64,000 nt of DNA from Eledone cirrhosa (GCA_964016885.1 OZ024743.1:274536001-274600000); one strand, 5' to 3'; counted from the first letter of the stretch, positions 42,934 to 57,158 are shown. Made by a program: numbers and translations. Notes: generated by a model not told the origin, from the sequence alone.

Positions 42934-43607
42934 TATGTATGTATGGATGGAGGAAAGTGTGTGTGTAAATTTTGTTAATGTGTTATAAATATACATGGGT
43001 ATATGATATGCTTGTTTTGGTTGTATCTTAGCGTAATATATGTTCGAAAAAAGATCGTAAAAGATATATGATTATGTGTGAATGGGTACGGTGTATAGAC
43101 ATGTGTATCTCTATGCATGTATATGTTGTTGTGAACGCTTGTATGTGTGAATTTCCACTTGTCAGTGAATACTTAATACATAGAATGTACTGAATATTAC
43201 CCGGATATTACAAAACTAACAAGGTTTAAAAACAGAAGTTAAGATAAACACATGAACTGAAAATGACTTGGAAAATTTGAGAGCATGAGGTGGATTGAGA
43301 AATGTGTACAGGAGAGGGGACAAAGGAAGTGAAGAGACGAAAGGGTAGGAGTAGCAGAGATCGTAAGAGAGAGGTGGGAGAGAGAAAAAAAAAGACGGGC
43401 GAGAAACGGGGGAGTGATTGCAAAGTGTGGAGAGGATATTGAAACAAATGTTCACCGTCACGTCGAAGACTTCCTTGTTAAACAAAATATACAATTTTCT
43501 GAAATAAAGACACTTTGTTATCCGATACAGTGTCAATTTTAAAAGAGTTGAGAATATAGATGGAATAGATAAAATATGAGAATGTACGAACATACATACA
43601 TACACAC

Positions 43608-43666
<59 letters not shown>

Positions 43667-43670
<4 letters not shown>

Positions 43671-46168
43671 AAAATGGAACGGGAACAAAACAGAGAGGGA
43701 GTACGAACAAAGGTTTATTAGTTTCACGCTCTTGAGAGTGGGGGGGGGGGGCGTTTCGGACATAAGCCCTTCTTCAGGCCAAAAGTGTGTGGGAAGAGAG
43801 TTCTAAGGGTGTGAGGGGGAGTGGCGGAGAGACATTTAGAAAAAAAAGGGGGGGGGGGGAACGGTGGAAGTGGTACAAATGAAAATGAATATAAAATAAT
43901 AATAAAAATAATAAAAATAAAAATAATAAACATGAAGATAAACAAGTGGTAGAAGGTTGTGGGGCGTATAGGAGTGGTGGCGGGTGGAGTGGGGAGAGGG
44001 GGCGGGGTGTCCGAGCGGGGAGGGCTGACGGGGGTGTGTGTGTGTAGGTGTACGTGTGTGTGTGTGTGTGAATGTGAGAGTTGGGGGAAGAACGAGGTTC
44101 CATGTCCAGGAAAAGGTATGTGTGTGGGGTGGGGTGTAAGTCGGTGTGCGCGTGTGGAAGGGGAGGGGGCAGATGGGTGGGGGGGAGAGGATTCCGGAGG
44201 CTGAGTGTGTAAATATGTGGGGGCATGCACGTGTGTGTGATGTTTATACGTATTGTGGATGTATGTGGCGTGTGGGAAAAAAAATGTTTGTGAGTGTATG
44301 TCCGTGGGTAAGTTCCTAAGGTAGTTCCGTAGAGGGTGTGGTGAGTTGCCGGATATTTTCTTGTGATGGAGTTGATTCGTGGGAGCGATGTCCAATGTGT
44401 GTAATCCGTGGTTGGGTTGGTCGGGATAGGGGAGATGTGGGGTGCGCGCGCAACAGGAAGTGGTCAGAGAGTCAAGGCAGGAGGAGGGTAGAGGAGAAGG
44501 ACAGATGGAGAGGGCTGTGTGTCTGTGTATGCGGAGAGGTGGTCAGAGGATCAGGGCATAGCAGCAGTATGGGAGAATGGCAGGTGGAGAAGGTCGGTGT
44601 GTCAGTGTGTGCGGAGGTGCGGTGGACAGGGGAGAGGATGGGTAGATGTGAAAGGTGGAGTGGGGTGGGGGTCATGCGGGGGGAAGGGAGGGGGTGTATT
44701 AGTAGAGATGTTAGTGGGATGTGTGTGTGTGTGTGTGTGAAGGGGTGTGGTTGGATCGGGGAGAGTAAGTGGGTGGTGAAAATGGGTGTGGGTGGGTGTG
44801 TTCGTGTGCGTGGGGTCGGAGGGGGATGTTAGTGGTATTAGTTGTGGGGTGGTGGGATTGGATGTATGGGTGAGGGTTAGTGGTGGTAGTAGGGTGTGTG
44901 GTTAGTGTGAGTGCGTGTATATATGTACCGGTGGGTGTGTGCGTGATAGGGGGAGGGGGGAAAGGATGTTAGTATTGTTAGTTGGGAGGGTGGTCGGGGT
45001 GGGGGGGGGGGTTAGTATTGTTAGTTGTGGGGTGGGAGGTGAAAAGGAGGAGTGTGTTAGTGGTGTTAGTGGGGGATATGTGTGGGGGAGGGGAACAGGG
45101 CGGTCGAAGGCTAAAGGAATAGGGGTGAGGAGTTCAGGCCGGGGGAGTGTGAGTCTGTAGGGTGAAGATGGTGCGTTGTTCGACCCTGAGGAGGGTGGCG
45201 GGTGTTCCGTGGCATTGGAGTAGGCCACAGACTGTGAGGTGGTGCGCGGAATGTCCAGGGGAGCCAAAGTGGCGGGCGATGGGGGAACTACCGCCGAGAC
45301 AAATATCACTGAGGTGTTCGGTAAAACGGTCCGCCAGGCGACGTCCAGTCTGTCCGACGTAGGTTGCGCTACACTCCGTGCAGCAAAGTCCATAGACTAG
45401 GTTGGAGGAGGTGCAGCGGAAGGCGTGCCGGACAGTGAGAGAGTGGCCGTTGGGACCCTGGAAGGTGGTGGTGTTGGTGATGTGGGGTCAGGTGTTGCAC
45501 CGAGGCCTGGAACAGGGAAGGGAACCGGGGGGGGGCGAGGGGGTAGGGAGCTGTGGACGAGGAGGATGCGGAGATTGCGTGCGCGTTTGAAGGAGGGGAG
45601 TGGTGAGGCTGGGAAGATGTGGGAGGTGGAGGGGTCGGACTGCAGGCGTCGGAAGAGGCGAAGGATTGTGCGGTGGAGGGGTGGTAGGTGATGGGGAAGG
45701 GCAGACGGTGGGTGGGTGTGCGGTGGCGTGCGGTGAGGGCGGTGGAGCGGTGGACAGCACGGGGGCGAGTGAGAGCGGTGTGGACGAGGGAGGGGGGGGA
45801 CCTCGCCGGAAGAAATGGCTGACTAGGGAAAGGGTCTGGGACTCAAAGTCAGCATCTTGGCTACAGAGGCGGCGGATCCTGAGGAGTTGGGAGTAGGGAA
45901 TAGAGTGCTTAGTGTGTGAGGGTGGGATGAGGGGAAGTCGAGGTAGGAGTGGGTTTGAAGAAGGCGGAGGTGACGAGGGAGTGGTGGGAGGGGTCGAAGG
46001 CGACGGAGATGTCTAAGAAGTGGTCGTGGGTGGTTGAGATAGAGGTGGTGAAGTGGAGGGAGGGGTGGAAGGAGCAGAAGAAGGAGAGAAAGGAGTCGAG
46101 CTGTTCTCGGGTGAGGCTCGTGGCTCCGATACAGTTGTCGATGTAACGACCGTACAGTTCGGGCGTGG
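43667..46168 (-). mobile_element. Penelope-like element, Neptune-like, 5'-truncated
   Basis: GC-rich island; RT and GIY-YIG remnants; ~1.4-kb C-rich 3' region; CTGAAGA-agggcttatgtcc-GAAACG at 43752-43777; AATAAA at 43714-43719; ends at (TA)n. Confidence 0.85.
45133..46166 (-). pseudogene. Disrupted PLE RT C-terminus plus GIY-YIG endonuclease
   Basis: YGRYIDNCIG, FHPSLHFT, HFLDISV, FFKPT, SIPYSQLLRIRRLCS, CSRPRCNT*P, FRCTSSNLVYGLCCTECSATYVGQTGRRLADRFTEH. Confidence 0.85.
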
Positions 46169-46226
46169 AGAGAGAGAGAGAGTGTGTGTGTGGCAATGAG
46201 AGATGCATAAATACACACCTGCACAC

Positions 46227-46257
<31 letters not shown>

Positions 46258-46572
46258 CATACATACACACACACACACATATATATATATTCATATAAAT
46301 ACATATATACAAATACACACACGTATATATATATATATACACAATATATATATATACAAATACACACACGCATACATATATATATATATATATATATAAA
46401 TATAATTTCAGCGAGATCGTATTTCGGCGGCGGCCAAAGCAAAACGAAACGCAATTTTCGAGATATGCCGTCAAGCCCTCAATGGACTAAGAAAAAGCCA
46501 GAGCAATTAATATGCGTTATAAGGGCCAGACACATTATAAATTATGGCTTTGAATTGACAAGCCAGGCAGCC

Positions 46573-46631
<59 letters not shown>

Positions 46632-46828
46632 GGAGGTGAGTTTTCTTGTAGCACAATAAAACAATGCAAATATCGGATAAGTAGCACTCTATAGTTTGTA
46701 CGACTGGAGTATAAATAATATAAGATCAAAAGATGGTGAAAGAGTTCCAAGTATTTTATTATGCGCATTTTGTTGATTTATAACTTCACTATTCACAAGT
46801 GTTTTTTAAGCCTCATATCCTGTATCCC

Positions 46829-46899
46829 TATTTTATCTGACGAGAACCCAGATATCATCCCTGGATGATATTTGTTTTTGAAATGGGCATAATAAAATA
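46829..46899 (+). ncRNA. Type I hammerhead inside a mini fold-back (arms 46715-46770 and 46880-46937)
   Basis: tattttat-CTGACGA-gaa..atatcatcc/ggatgatat..ttt-GAAA-tgggca-TA-ataaaata; the inverted arm preserves palindromic tgcgca. Confidence 0.75.
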
Positions 46900-46933
46900 C
46901 TTGGAACTCTTTTAACCATCTTTTGATCTTATA

Positions 46934-46985
<52 letters not shown>

Positions 46986-47233
46986 AAATGGGTGAGAATT
47001 TCATAGACACGTGTAATTATTAGATAAAATATATACCATTTTAATAATCTCCCGTTAGGTTGAGATACAATTGGGCGATATTGGGCTGCGCTTTCTAGCA
47101 ACAAGCCTACCCGCCGTAAGCAACTAATCACATTCTTTCTAACTTGACCACTGCCACGTCACGATTCTTAGGCATTTTTTAATCTATTTTTGGCGCGATC
47201 ACTTTGGAAAACTAACTGTCCAATCTTGAGTTT

Positions 47234-47310
47234 TCTCCTGATGAGTCTGTTACTCTGCATATATCCTGATAATTGGATGTCTAAAAATACGGACGAAACC
47301 ATGGTAGAGA
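47234..47310 (+). ncRNA. Type I hammerhead ribozyme, intact core
   Basis: tctc-CTGATGA-gtctgt...acggac-GAAA-ccatgg-TA-gaga. Confidence 0.85.
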
Positions 47311-47762
47311 TATAATTACGGTACGTACACATTTCTTCTAAGTTTGAATTTACATCTAATTGTGTATGGTTGACGGTATATTTAGTCAGTTTCTACATGC
47401 TGTTGAAATGTTGGATAAATACTCTATTGGGGCCACCGCGAAGAGGCCGCTTTCGGTTATTTGTCGAAAATTTCTTCATAGGAGCCTTTATTCTTATAGC
47501 ATGGTCTAATTGATTTTTTATATGGTTAATTATGCTAATTGGGAGAGGAAATGGTATATATTTTATCTAATAATTCTAAGGACATGATTTATGATATATT
47601 GCTCTGATTATTTAATTTATTAATTCTTCAATGAGCCACAACGTGACTGGTTGCCACATATATATCTATGACTTTATGTATATATATATATATATATATA
47701 TATAAATGCAATCTGAGTTTTTCGAATATTAATAACAATATTTGATTTATCTGAAATTATGC

Positions 47763-47867
<105 letters not shown>

Positions 47868-47955
47868 ACTGGAAGGTAATATCTGTAGTGGTATAGCACT
47901 CAGTCCATGGAATGAATTAGGTAGAAGTGATAACACAACAGTTAGTTCACCATAC

Positions 47956-47993
47956 CGAGAACAATTGTTTCACCTTAGCGGATCTTCGGCTCG
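47956..47993 (-). ncRNA. Minimal type I hammerhead-like motif with CCGAAGA core
   Basis: cgag-CCGAAGA-tcc-gctaa-ggt-GAAA-caattg-TT-ctcg, ~170 nt downstream of the PLE stop codon. Confidence 0.6.
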
Positions 47994-48165
47994 TACTGGT
48001 CATGGTTATACGGAACAGGATGAATGACCGTATCAATGCGCATGCGCAGAAACAGTCACTTCACCCAAGTGATACAAAGCCACGGGCGAAAGGTGTAGGG
48101 GAGATAACTACGAACGTCCGGAAAAGATGTTCGAGTTGATAAGAAAATTAGAATGTTGTTGTTAT

Positions 48166-49017
48166 TCAATCCGGAGCTTTGTAATCATGCAAGAGGTGTT
48201 TCGAGACATGTGGAAAACGTGAGAAGATTTCATTTCTTGAATTTAGGCAATCGCTATTGCGTAATCTCCTTAGAATATTTATCCTTTCTTCAATACACAG
48301 TCCACAAGACGGATTGCCCCTTGCGTATGGCTTGGACTTAGTGATGGCTTTCCATTGAATGGAGTAGTCTATACTTGAGTCCTTGAGGGACCATACGTGG
48401 CTCACGAGTTTCGTGGATGATCGTTTGTTCAGATACCTAAAGGTCGACTGATAGTTCAGGAAGCGTTCCTTAAATCGGCCCTCCGCCATACCTACATAGG
48501 ATTTGGCCTCTTTTGGTTGATTTGGTCGGTTGGAAGTGACCACAGCTTCATAAACTACAGCGGGTATGTTGCATTGCTGTTGAAGGGGACAAGCTTCAGG
48601 CTTTCGGCTAGAGCATCCTGGTGGGGTGCCGCTCTTATGACTGTTGGTGATGTGGGCCTTCATGTTCTTAGCGAAGGAGTACCCTAGTTTTACTTTGTGT
48701 CTGTTAAAGATGGAGCGGTATTTGTGAGCTATGGGAAAATGTCTATCTAAGAGGGCTAAAAATTTTTTTCCTACATTAGTTTTAACCTTGAGTGAGAAGG
48801 GAGGAGAGAACCAGATAGTGTGTCTATTGTTACGATTTCTTTTCTTATTGCTGTTGTTGTTAGTGGGGGAGTAAGTAATTGGTTGCGAGAAGCCACTTTT
48901 AGCTAACATCGTGTTATAGTAGGGTGCCGCTGTGTCAAAGATAGCCTTATTAGAGGAGAGTTTAGAGATTCTAGTACTGATATTATTTACGAAGTTTCTA
49001 AAAACATTAGGAGGGTG
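48166..49017 (-). pseudogene. PLE RT thumb/linker plus GIY-YIG endonuclease; open frame but 5'-truncated
   Basis: HPPNV..ISTRISKLSS..AAPYY, IWFSPPFS, KVKLGYS, CPLQQQC, VVYEAVV, YVGMAEGRFKERF, CGLCIEE, LNSRNEI. Confidence 0.9.
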
Positions 49018-49044
49018 GCCTTGTTAGAAATTGACCCCTATCAA

Positions 49045-49190
49045 ATTAACCCCAGTACTTGACTGCTGCTTTATTTTATCGACTCCAGAAAGATGAAAGG
49101 AAAAGTTTGACTACGGCACGATTTGAACTCAGAACGTAAAGAGCTGTAACTAAATGCCGCGATATTAAATGTTCAATGCCAATCCACCGA
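49045..49190 (-). mobile_element. tRNA-derived SINE
   Basis: ttattttatcgactccagaaagatgaaagg...gatttgaactcagaacgtaaag. Confidence 0.7.
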
Positions 49191-49711
49191 ACTAATCACC
49201 AAACTAATAATATAACATAAAGTGAAACTGGTGCATGTGTTTTTATAGGCAGCATGACTCACCCAAAGTATAGGAAGACTGAACTTCATCCTCTCTGTTT
49301 CAACCACCGCTAATGTCAACATAACTGATCACCCATTGCAGGATATATCTGATCACGAAAGGTCAAGGTAGTCAAATGTTATGTATCACAGTAGTACGCT
49401 TGGAATAAATAAATATTTGTCGTCCTTTTCATAATACTCCGGCAATGGACTAATTAGGTACATTTGATACAACCACCGACCTTAGATGACCTTTCGTTAG
49501 AGTTACACTTCCTTACACTCCTTCACATAAATCATACTCATTTTATTTCTATGAACCATGTCGAATTATCAGTTCATAAGCAAGCATTTGTCACATTATA
49601 CCATTTCGCGATCTTCCTACCGAACACACTCCTCCATTTCGTACAGATTTTTATTTTCTTTAATATAATTTACTTACACTTTTTATTCTAGTGCAAGTAT
49701 ATACACATATC

Positions 49712-49743
<32 letters not shown>

Positions 49744-49913
49744 AGAGGGAGAGGGGTGGGAGTAACGGACAGTCAGACAGCTAGTCTGTCGGACAGAAAC
49801 ACAATGAGTCTGATAAATATGTTTACGTGAGTGTATATTACTCTATAGATATAATATATATTCTATGAATTTCCTTCACAACAGTGCATAGGACTTATTG
49901 ACGTTATCGTACG

Positions 49914-49979
<66 letters not shown>

Positions 49980-50312
49980 GAATAATCGAGTATCGAAAAA
50001 TCGGCGCACGAGTTCACGATAAACAAAATTCGAGATGAGCGGCAGAGGGCTCCATAATTCAGATAAATCAGAGCTATAACTATCGTTAAAATACCGTCAC
50101 ACGTAGAATATGTCTACAATCAACCAAACAACCGAAAAATTTCGATATGGAAGATTCGGGACACTCAGATAAATTATCAATAAATCAATAAATCAAATGA
50201 ATGTAAAAAGCATACCCGGACCCACTAGAGAGATGGTATATCTAGCTTATATACATTAACTCAAGGATGGATGTGTGTGTCCGCATGTATCTGTGTGTTT
50301 CTCAATATATTG

Positions 50313-50413
<101 letters not shown>

Positions 50414-50676
50414 CTAGTAATTATACATAAACACATAAATATATATATACAAACATACACAAAGCGGTTGACTTGAGAGATTTAGAGAAATTCTAAAATT
50501 AACACAATGTAGTGAGTTCAACTCCTGGACTGGGTGGCACTCCATTTCATGTTACACCAGTCAGATTAGCTGTAAATTAGTAACAGCAATAGCCAAGAGT
50601 TGACTCTGCGATGACTCCAATGAAACTAGAATTAAACTTCAGCATCATGAACCTCTGAGCTTGGAAGATACTTTAC

Positions 50677-50812
<136 letters not shown>

Positions 50813-51160
50813 AAATGTATGCATAGTATATTTGGCAATATACTGTATGTTTAATTAAAAACATTTAGAAGACCATACGCTATCATTTTTAGATATCACT
50901 TCTTTTCGGTGAAAGATCCGTCCGGTGTATTGCAAAATATACTATACATACATTCATGTATACACTATTTTAGAGCACAAATCCTAATATATATATATAT
51001 ATATGGTTGGTGTGAGTGGGTGCGCGCACACTCGCACGCGCCGACGCAGGGTCGGGGAAAAGGTATATGTGTACCAAAAATATATATGTACCAAAACTCT
51101 AGTGAGTGAACATCGTTAAATGTTCTCCCTCATATCAAGGATTTGAAGACAATTCATTTT

Positions 51161-51232
51161 CACCTGACGAGATCAGTGATAATCGATCATGATCACACGA
51201 TCGACCTATCTCTTATTGAAACATGTGTCGTG
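51161..51232 (+). ncRNA. Type I hammerhead motif
   Basis: cac-CTGACGA-gat..tcgatc/gatcga..att-GAAA-catgtg-TC-gtg; (TA)n ~50 bp downstream. Confidence 0.6.
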
Positions 51233-51528
51233 CTTAAAATGATTCGAAATTTATACCATACCTTCGGATCTTTATTTTCATATATATATATATATATATA
51301 TATGCGTGCGTGCGTGTGTGTAGGTATGCACATGGACACACTTATATATATATGTATATATACTTATATATACATAAATACACACACATATGCGTATGTA
51401 TATGTATATATGTGTGTGTATGTATATATATATGTGTGTGTGTATATATATATATATATGTGTGTGTGTACGTGTGCATACTTACATTTATATATCACCT
51501 GTGCGAGGACAAGAAATAAAATTCTAAT

Positions 51529-51597
<69 letters not shown>

Positions 51598-51602
<5 letters not shown>

Positions 51603-52505
51603 TATGTATACGTACATACATATATGTATACAGACGTACAATAGTATGTATGCATATACATACATGCACACATATATATATGTACGTATGGGTTTACCGA
51701 ACATTTATTATAATGTTCGGTTTGTTTGTAAACAAACATCCCGAATTACACCGTACAGTGTTCGGCAACCATCGTCGCCATTTGTTCAACACTGACAAAG
51801 GAACGATGAACTAGTTTCAAGCTTATTAGCTATCGTCAGCATCGTATACCTTCCTGTCAGATGATTGAACGTTTGAAAGTATATTCTTTCCTTATGCATA
51901 TTAACGGCTGAGCAGCCTAATTTGCATATCGAATGAGTTAGTCGTGTGTGCATGTATGTATATATATACATACTACTGTGCGTCTATATACATATATGTA
52001 TGTACGTATACATACTTATATTTAAGTATCAGCCGTACTAAGAGTGAGAAATGAAATTTCATTTCATTCTTTTCCATTTATCGTTTTCGGTACGCTCGGC
52101 CGACTAACTCACTCGATATGCAAATTAGGCTGCTCAGCCGTTAATATGCATAAGGAAAGTATATACTTTCAAACGTTCAATCATCTGACAAGTTGGTATA
52201 CGATGCTAACGATAGCTAATAAGCTTGAAACTAGTTCATCGTTCCTTTGTCAGTGTTGAACAAACGGGCGACGATGGTTGCCGAACACTGTACGGCTTAA
52301 TTCGGGCTGTTTGTTTCCAAACACACCGAACATTATAATAAATGTTCGGTAAACCCATACGTACATATCTATGTGTGCATGTATGTATATATATACATAC
52401 TACTGTACGTATGTATACATATATGTATGTGCGTATATATACTTATATTTAAGTATCAGCCGTACTAAGAGTCAGAAATGAAATTTCATTTCATTCTTTT
52501 CTATT
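51598..52505. mobile_element. Inverted plus tandem HHR-bearing module inside (TA)n
   Basis: 51600-51945 is the reverse complement of 52101-52447; 51944-52080 is repeated at 52372-52505. Confidence 0.8.
51803..51845 (-). ncRNA. Minimal type I hammerhead with GUU site; mutated plus-strand twin at 52200-52242
   Basis: acgatg-CTGACGA-t-agct-aata-agct-t-GAAA-ctag-TT-catcgt; the twin has CTAACGA. Confidence 0.7.
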
Positions 52506-52511
52506 TATATA

Positions 52512-52583
<72 letters not shown>

Positions 52584-53011
52584 AACACTTCGGACATGAC
52601 TGAGCATGTGTGCCTTTACCTGGAATGTTCCTCTTCGAGAAGCATGTCTGGGTTTGGTGTTTATTTATGGAAAACTAGCAGACGCCCATGCATGCCAGTC
52701 TCCCCTCCTCACGACACTGATAAAAACAGACGCGGATACAGCTTGTCACTAGTGTCATCGTAACGATATTTCCTGAGTGAGTGGATTGGGGCAACGTGGA
52801 ATAAAGTAATCTTACTGAAGAATATAATGTTCCGACTGGTACAGAAATCGAACTCGCATCCTTACGATCGTCAAATCTATACCCTAACAACTAAGCCTCA
52901 CGTTTTATATACGGTATATGTGCATATGTATTTTTGAAAATGTCCGGACAATATTCTTGAAATAATGGTGTCCAATGTCGCATTAAATGGAAAACTACTT
53001 ATGATAATAAC

Positions 53012-53110
53012 AGTTTCTACTTTGTGCACAAGGCCACCAATTTACCAGTGTATTACTAGTACTTTATTTTATCGACCCAGTAAGGATGAAAGGCAAAGTT
53101 AACCTCGGCG
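53012..53110 (-). mobile_element. SINE 3' half
   Basis: tttctactttgtgcacaaggcc...atcgaccccagtaaggatgaaaggcaaagttaacctcggcg. Confidence 0.75.
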
Positions 53111-56100
53111 AATAACACCAGATAATTTTAACGTTTGTATAAAATGTCTTAAATACTAAATTCTCGCTAAAATCCTCTGAAATGTTACGTTTGTTTTTCT
53201 TGTTGCTAATGTATTCGTTTTGACCGCTTCCCAATTTTGTTGTTTAAGCTGTGTTCTTATAACTAAAATTTACAACGCAGCATCAAAGAAGTTAGAATAT
53301 TTCACTTGACAAGAGTACTCAATACGATCACTCTAGCTGCTATGGCTAACAACCAAATCTCTCAACTTACATTCCACCGTCTCTAGAAAGGAAGGACCCT
53401 GTGCAGTGTAGTCCTAGATAAAAGTAGAGGGCCATATTGGAATGCACAGTATTCTATGTCTGCTTGATCAGGGTCAAGCTGGGGATAAACAATAACTTGC
53501 CGGAAGCTAATGTGCAAAAATTGCCGAAAATTGCTATACAATATTCAGTACAGGGTCTTGCCAATATTTGTCCAAGAAACTGCTTGTCAACCCCACTTGT
53601 TTTATTGATTTCACTGCACGGAGTGACTTTCGTTTGAACAGATCTGCTTTTCCTTTCTACTCAATGTATTACCGATTATTGTAGTCATTTGATTCCTAAT
53701 TGACTTCCAATCATGGATATATGTAGCTGTTATTCTATTAGCGGCAAATATAACTAAATCTACATTGCATGGATAGTTTACGTTTCATCTCTACATAATA
53801 GACTAGCTGTTTGTGTGGTTCACTGCGATTTATCGTATGTTTTCTTCCTCCTTACAGAATACCAGTCCTGCCAACCTCTAAAAACCAAAAATAGGGAGCA
53901 CCATGAAAAAAAGTGCCCCAAAACGGGGAGAAAAGAGGCAAAATGGGGAGATTTTACATAATGAAAGCTTTACCCATTTTCACAAGAGAAGACATCTCTC
54001 ACCCACCCCAAAGTGAGTGGGAGATCTCCCCGTCCGAAATTGGATAATTTAATTTCGGCAAAATACTGAACAATGAAGGAAAAAATATATTTCGTCAGAA
54101 ATATATTGCCTTTTCTGTAGCAAATCCTTTTGCGATGTTCTTCAGATTGCTCGTTGTTAATGCAAATATATGTCCAGGATGTAGCTAACTGTACTACCAG
54201 TTCGAGAAAGAATTACTGATCTCTTGTAAGAAAGAAATCGTTAATCAGTTCATGTATATATTAGTATTGACTTGGAATTCTCATATATGGCAGCAAACTT
54301 CTATAAGTATCGCAACGATATAAACCATTTTATAACTGGCATACGCCTGTCATGCCTTATCTTTGGAGATTTTTGATTCATTATATATATAAATATTGAA
54401 CTCAGTATAAGAAGTGTCAGAAAGATCTGTCGGAAAAATATCCCTATTACCCCAAATATCTATAAATGATTTGCAGCAATTTATTGCTTGTTTCATTTTC
54501 TATTTTAATTCCATTTTGTGTTATTGTTTTTTTTAAGGTAAAATCAAAACTCAGCAGTTTTCTCTCTTTTATTTTTATTATTTTTTCTTTTCTTATCTTT
54601 TTTTTGCTTTTCCGGAAACAACATTTACAAAAATTCATTCTGTCACAGGTCACTGACGTTTCGATCAGACATGCTGTTCCTTCAGCTTCCATGTTTTTCT
54701 ACAAGCTGAACATCAGTTGTATCAATTCCATCAGCCTGAGAATACTCTGTTAACTCTCCCCTGTTAACTTAGAAAAGGAAAATTATCATTGTTAACTTGT
54801 GTCTGATTGGAAAGAGCTGTGGTAAATGTTTCCATTGTGGGCTTTCACTTAAATCAACCACATGTATTGAGAACTTCCTTCGATGAAAAACCAGCGAGAA
54901 AGTTTCATCTTCAATATTGAATTTCTACAGGAGAATAACCTATTTTTGCTTTACATTTCTTTTATAAATCTTTATTTTCCCAACAATAAAATTGATTCCA
55001 ATTTTTAAATAATTCACGCATTGCATCTAAGAAAGAAAATCAGACATATCCATTCTTTACACAGTGTAACCCATGGTCCATCATAAAACTTTTGTAATTT
55101 TGTCTTTGCGCTTTCCTATTACATCTCTATTTCTCCGAACATCCTAATTCTTTGTTACCTTACAACAGTTGAATGAGCTGAAATTGTATGTGGCTTTTTG
55201 TATATTTTCCTAGTGAAATGAAGGAATAGTAATTTAGTTTAAGTTATGAAGGTGCGCGGCTGAGTGGTTAGAGAGCCCATAATTGTTAGACTGTGAGTTT
55301 GGTTTCCGGACCGGGGAGCACGTTGTGTCCTTAAACAAGACGATATTTTCATACTGCTCCAGTTCCTTCAGCTGGGAAAATAAGTTACAACAAAACTGGT
55401 ATACATAGGTAATTGTTAATCTCCCGTAAAACAATCTACCCAGGCTTTTGCCATAGAGAAGTAAACTCATGGTTTGTCAGTCATGACTGAAACGGATAAT
55501 TTCTTCTTTTTTAATTTAGACTGCTAACTGGAGTGTCTTGGGTTTTTTAATCTATTCAGATCATAGCTGCAGTGGTTTGGGAGTTGAATTAGATTTGCTT
55601 GGTTTATAGGACACTCGCCGAAGTAATTGGAATTTTCATTTCTTCGTTGGAACTCTCTGTACTACTCAACATAAATTGTAACGGGTCAATGTTGCAATAA
55701 CAACTTTTGTCGGGATATTAATCAACTAGTATATATCCTAATTATTTGATCTTGACATCATTTTGATTAAATATAGTTATGGTCGGATATTTTAAGTGTT
55801 AATAAGTTGTTTCTTGATAATTGTAAAGGGTATTCGGGGAACAAATAGGCTACTATTTAAACAAAAGTACCAATCTTAATTCCTTTCGTTTGCATAGATC
55901 AGTGTGAATCAAATATATAGCTATGTGATTAGATGATTTCTCAAAAACTGGTTTTCGTGTAGGACACATATGTGTAAGGTGTATCCTATTTTAATGGACC
56001 GGCACCCAATTCAAGGACAGAAATCTTATTAAAGACCCTATATGGATCTAAGGGCTATGCAGCATTGTACACAGGCAGCGACGTGTTACATGGGATTAAG

Positions 56101-56807
56101 GAAGATCGCAGCTGTGTGTAATATCCGAAGCCACCTGAAGCCGGACTCAGTCACACCCAGAGGTACGTTTGAGTAATAATGATGTCTGTGTATAAATATA
56201 AATATAATAAACGTTTTAACTTGTACACTTCTGTACGAAAATTCTCAATGTATTGATAGTCCTTCGTATGCGGTTATGGTCCTCTAATTCTTTCCAGTTT
56301 CCATTCTGGTGATTGTTTAGACAAGATATGTGAAAAGCTGTCTGTTCACTTAGATGTAAATATATATGTGAGGTAAGTTGTCAGTCTTAAATACTGTATG
56401 TGCAAAGGAAATGTCTAAGCACAGAACGCTTTCATAGTAACCTTTTGAACAGAATGGATAACATTTTACCGCAACCTTTGAAAACACAGGTCACCGCCAT
56501 ATCACACGTAAAAACACCAGTTCTCATTGTTGAATTTAGTTAGTACTTCGCTGGGTAACCACTGGAGTTACTCAAATGCGTTTTCTTGTATTATCTGCAA
56601 AGAAAGCATAGCTTTAGAACTCTCCACACAACTCTTCGGCTATCCTGCGTCCACATGTGAAAAGCAAATTATATCTGTTTGTAAAATGAATTGCTAGAGA
56701 CGCTAATTTTTCTTTTCTTTTTTTAAATCTTTACCGAACAACGGGTCTTTTATAAAGGAACACGACTAAGATTTGTCAGATATAAATATTGAAACGAGGG
56801 GAAAAAA

Positions 56808-57158
56808 ATAATTGTTTCTACTTTTGGCACAAGGCCAACAATTAATCCAGTGCATTACTGGTACTTTATTTTATCAACTACGTAAGGTTGAAAGTCAAAG
56901 TTAACCTCGGCGGGATTTGAACTCAGACGGTAAAAGGCTTTCACCCTCACTACATTGCTTTGCATGGCAAGGGTGGTGGATTCGCAGTATCGGTAGAGGG
57001 TCGAACATGCTTTCCAGCATATTTACATCCCTTTACGATCTGAGTTCAAATCCCACCGAGGTGAACTTTGCCTTTCAACCTTACGGGGTCGATAAAATAA
57101 AGTACCAGTAATGTACTGGGTGTTTGCTGGCCTTGTGCCAAAAGTAGAAACAATTATT
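56808..57158. mobile_element. Head-to-head SINE pair: 56808-56928 (-) and 56972-57158 (+)
   Basis: Same family in opposite orientations, forming ~120-bp inverted arms. Confidence 0.85.

Noticed and set aside
43724-44832. 150-223 aa ORFs
   Set aside because: Low-complexity C-rich 3' region of the Neptune-like PLE with no domain motifs.
54648-54688. Minus-strand CTGAAGG..cag/ctg..GAAACGTC
   Set aside because: Suggestive of a minimal PLE HHR, but there is no helix I and I could not read an upstream PLE ORF.
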